From: Minisyncoccota bacterium
GTDB lineage: Bacteria; Patescibacteriota; Minisyncoccia; Phycocordibacterales; UBA5272
DNA: 64,000 nt
NCBI GenBank assembly: GCA_041651055.1
Contig: JBAZJW010000004.1
Span: forward strand, 2,018 to 66,017
Direction: 5' to 3'
This document shows positions 58,063-64,000 of this stretch, piece by piece. The translations under genes and the position numbers were made by a program. The notes below the pieces were generated by a model that was given only the letters and a program-made list of their open reading frames with translations, had not been told where the DNA came from and ran no database searches. Each line of letters opens with the position of its first letter. Position 1 is the first letter of the stretch.

Positions 58063-60730
58063 CTTTCACCGTTATGTGAGGCGGGTTTTTCTTGGCCTCT
58101 TTAATAATGTCGATTTTGATGTTAGCTACACCCTTTTTGGTTATGCCTAATTTGTCTGCTGCGGCCTTGGACAAGTCAAGCACCCTGTTAGGGTATTTAT
58201 ACGGGCCGCGGTCTGTGACTTCAACCACTACACTTTTATTAGTATGCTTATCCGTAACTTTGATCTTTGTGCCTAGCGGTAAGGTTCTATGTGCTGCGGT
58301 CATTTTGTTCATGTCAAAGGGTTTCTTAGGGTTACCTGCCATTGGTTTCCCGTGGAATTGCTTACCATACCATGAGGCTTTCGCACCTTGTGGGTGGGAG
58401 TCGTGGGTGGCAGACTCATCAAGTTTAGGTTTCTCGTCACGTTGAGCAAGTGCCTTGAGTGCTTGCGTGGTTGTGAGTGAGCCTTGTGCGATACGTTGGC
58501 CTTTGATGGTGATGGATTGTTTTAGGTCAGGGGAGAGGGGGAGGTACCAGACTTCTACTTGTTCACCACGTGCCTTTTCATACGCATCAACTAAATTACC
58601 ACGAGCGTCTCGCAACTGTTGATAAGTTGGTGCTGCATTTGGATCAGCAATAGTTGTTTTTATTTTAACTGGCCTAACCCCATACTCCCTCTCAGCCTCT
58701 CTAACCATGTACTCATCATAAACCTTCTCGAAAAACTTACCACCTACCAGGAAGTCCCCGGTTGCGCCGTCGCCGGATATAGCACGACCCGTGCCAGGCC
58801 AGTTCTCACTACGCATCTTTGCAACTAAAGCTGACGCGTCTTCTCTGTATCTTACAATGTCAGTTAACTCACCCATATCGTCGAATATTTTGTACCTGTC
58901 ATCAGCTTTTTCGTAATATGCACCTCCAGCACGATCTTCAAGTGAATATGACTCTGAATCCTTTGGTTTATTTTTAGACGCTGCTGTTGCAATTTTCTCC
59001 TGCTCCTCTACAATCCTAGCGACGTTCTTACCAGCGTTATCTTGCAACTGCTTCATATTCACATAACCCTGATCGAACGTTCTGCCATTAGGAGTCTCAA
59101 AGTGGAGAGTGTACTTACCAGTCTTTAAGTCCTTAGTCCAGTTGAAACTATTGACTAGCTTGTTGTATCTATCTGCTACGATTCTGCCGGTTGACCATGT
59201 TACTGAGTCCTTACCTTCTCGTACGGCTGTGTCGACCCACTCCTTTAATCCAAGTTTGGCCCATTTGAGGTCTTTGAAAGGGGCGGGTGGAATGTTACTA
59301 CGTTGTCCGAGATAACCCTGTGCATAGTTCACTAATGAATCTCTATCATATGCACCATTTATTTTTGCACCTTCTTCGTCTCTAAGTATGTAGTATTCCC
59401 TGTTGTTTAAATCTGGCCTACCAGGAATGTTAGGAGGTTCCTTAGAGATCGTCCAACCAGTAGGTAGTTCGTCTTTTCCAATAGGTGTTGCATACCCCTC
59501 CTCCATCGCCTTCTGGTGTAATGAACTCTGCGTCTCATCCAAGTGCTTAGCTAACTCACCATTAGGCAACTTTCTATCGTGACCACGTGTGAACATAAAC
59601 GCATTATCAGCTACGTTACCTGGCCAGTCATGTGGCTCCACGTAGCGTAGGCCACCTTCAGGAGTGAAGTGGAAGAGACGTTCTTGATAGGTTCCTGGGA
59701 TGTGACCGGGGAGGTTGAAGGAGGAGTAGTTTTCGGGGCCGTACTTACCACCAGCACTACGTTTCTCTAACTTTTCCATCGCATTTGCAACAGCCATTCT
59801 TCTATTTTGCAAACGCGTTATATCCGGTTGCCATATTTCGTATCGCTCTCGATCCGGTGCTTTTTTATACAACTCGTCGAGTTCGTTGGTTGTCCTAGTA
59901 GCTATTCGTTCCAATCTATCACGTGCAGCCTGCAACTTGGGATCAATCGGACCAAGCACACTCGGCTCCCCAGTCTCTTTTAGACTCTTACTCCTCACCA
60001 ACTGCAACATCTCATCCCTACTGACTCTCTGATCACCTAGAGATTTCAGTTTCTGAAGCAAGCCAGTGTAATTGAGTTCCTCCATGTTGATGAGGTTTTT
60101 GTCGGTTGCATACTTCAATGTGCTTAGCATCCCAGTAGCTTTAGGGTTGTCTGGGATGAAGAGTTTACCAATCTGGCCGGTTTCTAGGGCACGTTCGAGT
60201 GGGGAGTAGAACTTAGGACTGCTTGTTAAGCCTGTCTTTGCACCACCAGCACCCCCACCAAACGGTATCGTAGCTAAGTCAAAGTTAGCCATTCCTATAG
60301 ACGTGCGTAACGTCTCACTTGCTTCCTTGGGGTCCATCGCTTGGGTGTAGGTTAACTCTCTACCAGTTTCAGGGTCTTTGAACTTCCCACCAGCAGCTAC
60401 ATGCGCCCAAAGGTTATAGGCGTTGTTGATGCTACTAACTACTGCTCCTGGTAGTGCCAACGCAAACTTAATCGGCGCACCAACTATCGCACCCATAACT
60501 TCGCCTGTGGTGCGGAGCCAGTCTGGTTGAGGTGCAGGTTGAGTAGGCGATTCATAAGCCGGGGGTATGGAGACGAAGGGTTTGTCACCAAGGGGGAGTT
60601 GGTTGGTTTGGTCCCCAGCCCCGGCTTGTGGGTTAGCAACTACACCTTCTGGCGTAGCTGCCATTGCATCACGTTGGTCCTTCCACTTCCTAAATCTCTC
60701 AACCTCAATGTCCGTAGGCTCAGTTCGCAC
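58046..60730 (-). CDS. Large multidomain protein with C-terminal RlpA-like double-psi beta-barrel (lytic transglycosylase)
   Basis: ASWYG..FHG...MTAAHRTLPLGT.IKVT...VVVEVTDRGPY...RVLDLSKAAA; N-terminal polyvalent-protein-type region (FYSPLER, DETQS, PAPFK). Confidence 0.8.
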   Translation of the reverse strand: MRTEPTDIEVERFRKWKDQRDAMAATPEGVVANPQAGAGDQTNQLPLGDKPFVSIPPAYESPTQPAPQPDWLRTTGEVMGAIVGAPIKFALALPGAVVSSINNAYNLWAHVAAGGKFKDPETGRELTYTQAMDPKEASETLRTSIGMANFDLATIPFGGGAGGAKTGLTSSPKFYSPLERALETGQIGKLFIPDNPKATGMLSTLKYATDKNLINMEELNYTGLLQKLKSLGDQRVSRDEMLQLVRSKSLKETGEPSVLGPIDPKLQAARDRLERIATRTTNELDELYKKAPDRERYEIWQPDITRLQNRRMAVANAMEKLEKRSAGGKYGPENYSSFNLPGHIPGTYQERLFHFTPEGGLRYVEPHDWPGNVADNAFMFTRGHDRKLPNGELAKHLDETQSSLHQKAMEEGYATPIGKDELPTGWTISKEPPNIPGRPDLNNREYYILRDEEGAKINGAYDRDSLVNYAQGYLGQRSNIPPAPFKDLKWAKLGLKEWVDTAVREGKDSVTWSTGRIVADRYNKLVNSFNWTKDLKTGKYTLHFETPNGRTFDQGYVNMKQLQDNAGKNVARIVEEQEKIATAASKNKPKDSESYSLEDRAGGAYYEKADDRYKIFDDMGELTDIVRYREDASALVAKMRSENWPGTGRAISGDGATGDFLVGGKFFEKVYDEYMVREAEREYGVRPVKIKTTIADPNAAPTYQQLRDARGNLVDAYEKARGEQVEVWYLPLSPDLKQSITIKGQRIAQGSLTTTQALKALAQRDEKPKLDESATHDSHPQGAKASWYGKQFHGKPMAGNPKKPFDMNKMTAAHRTLPLGTKIKVTDKHTNKSVVVEVTDRGPYKYPNRVLDLSKAAADKLGITKKGVANIKIDIIKEAKKNPPHITVKDASSK

Positions 60731-60993
60731 TATGCTTTAGTCCTTGTCATCTCGTAGAGTCCCGTTGCAGTGGCTCCAGTCATGAAACCCTGCACCAGAA
60801 ACAACACCACCGTTTGAGGACTCGTCCCGGTTGGAGTGATGTATAACGCTACTAAACTAAGTCCCATGCCGATGCCCACAGCAATCCAAGGCTTGGCTTT
60901 ACTAGAAACCTCCCACGTACCATAGATCATCCTAAGCACGATACTTAGCAACACCGAGATTCCTATTGATCCAATTTGGAGTTCCTCTAACAT
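60730..60993 (-). CDS. Holin-like protein
   Basis: 87 aa, 3 TM, QGFMTGATATGLYE. Confidence 0.7.
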   Translation of the reverse strand: MLEELQIGSIGISVLLSIVLRMIYGTWEVSSKAKPWIAVGIGMGLSLVALYITPTGTSPQTVVLFLVQGFMTGATATGLYEMTRTKA

Positions 60994-60995
60994 AG

Positions 60996-61241
60996 TTAGT
61001 CTCCCAAATAAGTGAGTGTAACCTGTGCAGCTATTGGGATTTTTGCTCCCATGAGACCTTGGTTGATTGCGTCCTCAATGACGCTTTGGAGTTGGACAAT
61101 TTCCTGGGGTTCGATGTCCTCACCGCCTGCACTCCCCGCTGCCTGTGCACTTTGCATCCACATAAATACTCGACTTGCAACTCCTGCAAACGCGATAGCC
61201 AGTGCTGTGTATTTCATCCATCTTTCAGTTGTCATTGCCAT
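60996..61241 (-). CDS. Small membrane-anchored protein
   Basis: SD AAGGAGG; N-terminal hydrophobic helix. Confidence 0.55.
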   Translation of the reverse strand: MAMTTERWMKYTALAIAFAGVASRVFMWMQSAQAAGSAGGEDIEPQEIVQLQSVIEDAINQGLMGAKIPIAAQVTLTYLGD

Positions 61242-61253
61242 GATGTAACCTCC

Positions 61254-61574
61254 TTAAAGTTTGTGTTCGATGTTAGTGTGATACGTCCCACATAGATGCG
61301 TCTTATACGCCTCTATTCCCTTTTGCATTAGTTCAATGGTTTTCAGGGTTTCTTTGGCCCTGACACCTGCATTGTCTGGTCGGTCGTTTTCTAAGTGTTT
61401 AATAATCTTCTTCATGGATATTTGCAAAACCTTCAGACTCCTCTCCCACGTGCAAAGTAGATTGCCGGGATCGTAGACAGTCATCGTTTTAGTTCCACCG
61501 TAAGCTCCGCGATTCTTTTTATCAGGTGTTCCTCTTTCTGGAGTACGTCTTTCATTGTCGCTAGGCGTGCCCAT
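61254..61574 (-). CDS. Hypothetical protein (true start possibly 61484)
   Basis: ORF track; internal ATG overlaps stop of upstream gene. Confidence 0.45.
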   Translation of the reverse strand: MGTPSDNERRTPERGTPDKKNRGAYGGTKTMTVYDPGNLLCTWERSLKVLQISMKKIIKHLENDRPDNAGVRAKETLKTIELMQKGIEAYKTHLCGTYHTNIEHKL

Positions 61575-61693
61575 TTCTCGCGTGTGGCCTCACCCAGCTC
61601 AATCGTTAGTTTAGCCAACACCAGCTTTTTCTCTATCACTTCATATGGTTCCTTGTTCCAGTTGTTCATGATCCTACTCCCTAGATTTTTCAA
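61481..61693 (-). CDS. Small coiled-coil protein
   Basis: ORF track. Confidence 0.5.
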   Translation of the reverse strand: MKNLGSRIMNNWNKEPYEVIEKKLVLAKLTIELGEATREKWARLATMKDVLQKEEHLIKRIAELTVELKR

Positions 61694-62006
61694 CCCGTGC
61701 TACCTGTACTGCGAGACCCACCATGTCACGTTGTACGCTATCTACTCGTTTTTCGACGTCATCAAACTGCTTGCCAAACTCTTTTTTGCACTCTTCGTGC
61801 ATTTTATCACAGCGCGACTGACCAACCTGTGAGTCAAGTTTCTGTTCGTTCTTAGTAACGCGCCTATCTAAATCAGCGCGTTTAACTTCCTCAACATCCA
61901 ACCTTGCCTTTAGAACGTAATAAACAATCGCAGCTCCAGACCCAGTCCCGATGGCCCCACTAAGAAATGGCGCCAACATAGAAACCCAATCAGGTGTAGG
62001 TGTCAA
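61674..62006 (-). CDS. Single-TM coiled-coil protein (lysis-region type)
   Basis: TM then coiled coil; SD GGAGG with TTG start. Confidence 0.6.
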   Translation of the reverse strand: MTPTPDWVSMLAPFLSGAIGTGSGAAIVYYVLKARLDVEEVKRADLDRRVTKNEQKLDSQVGQSRCDKMHEECKKEFGKQFDDVEKRVDSVQRDMVGLAVQVARVEKSRE

Positions 62007-62022
62007 TCAAGTCGAGCCTCCG

Positions 62023-62163
62023 TTAGCAATTCACGTCGAGAATCCGTATCTTAGGTGCGTCAGGTTTAGGCAACGGCCTGTCGAACCATCCCATCCCGTA
62101 CGCTGAAGAAGCGAACAGCACTATCGCAAGAAGGATAACTATATATTTTGTTGATCTTGCCAT
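62023..62163 (-). CDS. 46-aa signal-peptide micro-protein
   Basis: Hand-called MARSTKYIVILLAIVLFASSAYG-MGWFDRPLPKPDAPKIRILDVNC; SD GGAG. Confidence 0.5.
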   Translation of the reverse strand: MARSTKYIVILLAIVLFASSAYGMGWFDRPLPKPDAPKIRILDVNC

Positions 62164-62285
62164 TCTCTCCACTCATCGTAATTAACCCACTTGATCCAGA
62201 TATGACCGCATTTGGGGCATTGAGTAGGCCCAGGCTTGTCCTCATACTCATAGCTACATTTCAAACATAGGAACCTAGCCTTCAC
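62139..62285 (-). CDS. 48-aa zinc-ribbon protein
   Basis: Hand-called MKARFLCLKCSYEY...CPKCGH; GTGA overlap with upstream stop. Confidence 0.55.
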   Translation of the reverse strand: MKARFLCLKCSYEYEDKPGPTQCPKCGHIWIKWVNYDEWREWQDQQNI

Positions 62286-62686
62286 TTACACACCTGTGTA
62301 GCGTTCCCGAATTCAGGGGCATCGGGAGTAACAGTCACCCCGCAGTTGATCGTAACGGACTTTGGTGTGCTCCACCCGTAGGTCAGAGCCTTCGTCCCGT
62401 CGCTCCGTGTCACCTCGACAACAGCCCCAAGGCGATACGAAAACGTACCGTCTGCAAGGCCGGTAATAGTCAAGTTGGTGCATCCCGGGAGACATTGTTG
62501 AGCCAAGAGTGAACCGTTCTGCTCAACCACATAATACTTGAACACAGGACTCATCGAAGCAGGGAATACGCTCGACCTCGGCGTGGGGTCGTCAAGGGAT
62601 TTCGTCACCTGAATCGTGACATCATGGGCCTGTGCGAAGGTTGCGAAGGCCAGTACCAGAATCACCGTTGCGAATAGCTTTTTCAT
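62282..62686 (-). CDS. Secreted fibronectin-III-like protein
   Basis: Signal peptide MKKLFATVILVLAFATFAQA; LTITGLADGTFSYRLGAV...WS. Confidence 0.7.
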   Translation of the reverse strand: MKKLFATVILVLAFATFAQAHDVTIQVTKSLDDPTPRSSVFPASMSPVFKYYVVEQNGSLLAQQCLPGCTNLTITGLADGTFSYRLGAVVEVTRSDGTKALTYGWSTPKSVTINCGVTVTPDAPEFGNATQVCK

Positions 62687-62694
62687 AAATCCTC

Positions 62695-63999
62695 CTATTT
62701 GAACGTCGTCCCGTTCATAATGCAGCCTTGGGCGGTTGGGGGTGTTGAGCCATACTCATACGCCCCAATGTCGTACCCTGCCCCCTGCGGCCTAGTGATA
62801 ACTGTCGCTAGTCCCGCTCCGTTAATGCAGCCGTTATATGGACTTCCGAGGGTGTAGCCGTTATTAATCGCATCACCTGACGAAATCGCAAAATAGGTAG
62901 TATTTGGGATCATGTCGGTCCCATATGTTCCGCTGAAGCCCGTTGGGATAGTACCGCCTGTGAAAGCTGGGTTGGTCTTTTTTGCTGAAGTCTCCAAACT
63001 GGTTGTGAAGTCATTGACTCCACCATTTCTATGGTAGTTGACACCACCAGATTCAACGTGAGTATCGGTGGCACTTGATGATCTATAGTACAGATTATTA
63101 CTGTGATTTATGTGACTAAAACTGTTTGTTGAGTCCTCCCCAACAAGTATTGTGGAGGTTGAATTTAAAATATTGTTCTTAAAATCAATAGTACCAGTCG
63201 ATGCAGTCACCAACGTCCTAAATAGATGTGTAGGTGAGTAACCACCTTGGAGCATGGTATTATTATAAATTCCGATATTAGCACCTACATAATTACCTGA
63301 TGTTAAAGACACCATCCCTCCAATGATGATGTTTCCATAAATATATACTGAATCAATCGGGTTGTTATAAGCCGCTGGTATTCCTATTGCATTTGGACTT
63401 GCATAGATGATATTATATCTAAACACTACATTTTCTGGAGATCCATAATATCCACTATAGGTAGGGAGTCCATACGTCCCTACTGCAAATGCTGAAAAAT
63501 TCCCAATGATATTGTAGATTGTATTGTACTCTAATGTGATATTGTCAGCATTGTTAAAACAGTCTATTCCATTTCCCCTATTTGTACCAGATACCTGTCC
63601 AGTATCATGAACAGTGTTGCCTCTAACTGTTATGTTATAATTGCGGTTTGGTATATTGTCTTGCCAGTAATGATAGATAGTTATTCCCTCATGACCCGTA
63701 TGATGGACATGACAATTTTTTATAGTTACATTACTAACTGTGTGAGAGTCTCTCGGCCCAAGATGTATCCCATAATAAAACTGCGACCCACTGTCAGTTG
63801 TTCTATTATTTGTGACCTCACAGTTATCTATTGTTATATCAGATATAGTATAATATAGACCAGCCCTGATCTGCGAGATGTTATGATTGTTGCCATCGAC
63901 TTTGAAACCCTGGAAAACTACGTTACTCTGGTAAATATCAACCATAGACCAACCACTGCTATCTGTAGATGCTTGTAAAGTTGCTCTAGTTCCTGTCCC
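62695..63999 (-). CDS. Right-handed beta-helix protein with choice-of-anchor-Q-like C-terminus (5' end beyond window)
   Basis: Frame stays open upstream of 63945 to the edge; N-rich beta-helix repeats; RPQGAGYDIGAYEY. Confidence 0.75.
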   Translation of the reverse strand, partial: GTGTRATLQASTDSSGWSMVDIYQSNVVFQGFKVDGNNHNISQIRAGLYYTISDITIDNCEVTNNRTTDSGSQFYYGIHLGPRDSHTVSNVTIKNCHVHHTGHEGITIYHYWQDNIPNRNYNITVRGNTVHDTGQVSGTNRGNGIDCFNNADNITLEYNTIYNIIGNFSAFAVGTYGLPTYSGYYGSPENVVFRYNIIYASPNAIGIPAAYNNPIDSVYIYGNIIIGGMVSLTSGNYVGANIGIYNNTMLQGGYSPTHLFRTLVTASTGTIDFKNNILNSTSTILVGEDSTNSFSHINHSNNLYYRSSSATDTHVESGGVNYHRNGGVNDFTTSLETSAKKTNPAFTGGTIPTGFSGTYGTDMIPNTTYFAISSGDAINNGYTLGSPYNGCINGAGLATVITRPQGAGYDIGAYEYGSTPPTAQGCIMNGTTFK

Positions 64000-64000
64000 C

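Noticed and set aside
62066-62251. 61-aa ORF from the track
   Set aside because: Better explained by two hand-called ORFs in other frames (zinc ribbon 62139-62285, signal peptide 62023-62163)
33051-63858. Many plus-strand ORFs across the structural arm (e.g. 35508, 49303, 53047)
   Set aside because: Lie antisense to well-supported structural genes; no recognisable motifs

Overview
Most of an apparently lytic, podovirus-like tailed phage genome (no integrase, repressor, tRNA or CRISPR seen), probably circularly permuted and longer than the window, since both ends cut minus-strand fibre/beta-helix genes. A divergent control region at ~3.7-6.6 kb has four near-consensus sigma70 promoters, clustered IHF-like sites and a large imperfect palindrome. 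The + arm (4.4-33 kb) holds small early genes, a recombination module (PD-(D/E)XK nuclease, Sak4-like ATPase, DUF669-like SSB) and a purine-rich cassette island. It also holds a 6.5-kb sugar-modification cluster (AsnB-like ligase, 2 radical SAM, RmlD, SAM methyltransferase, 2 GT-B glycosyltransferases, one split around a membrane gene), a ParB-DNA methylase fusion, a UDG-exo-PolA fusion, a DUF3987 helicase-like gene and 2 HNH endonucleases. The - arm holds terminase, portal, scaffold, capsid, three adaptor-like proteins, nozzle, ejection proteins, holin and fibre/spike genes. Best candidate for a new system: an O-antigen-ligase/oligosaccharyltransferase-family membrane enzyme inside the capsid-adaptor operon, signal-peptide-bearing fibre-like proteins and the sugar cluster, suggesting a phage-encoded envelope glycosylation pathway (inference). 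All calls are from motif recognition by eye; no searches were run.
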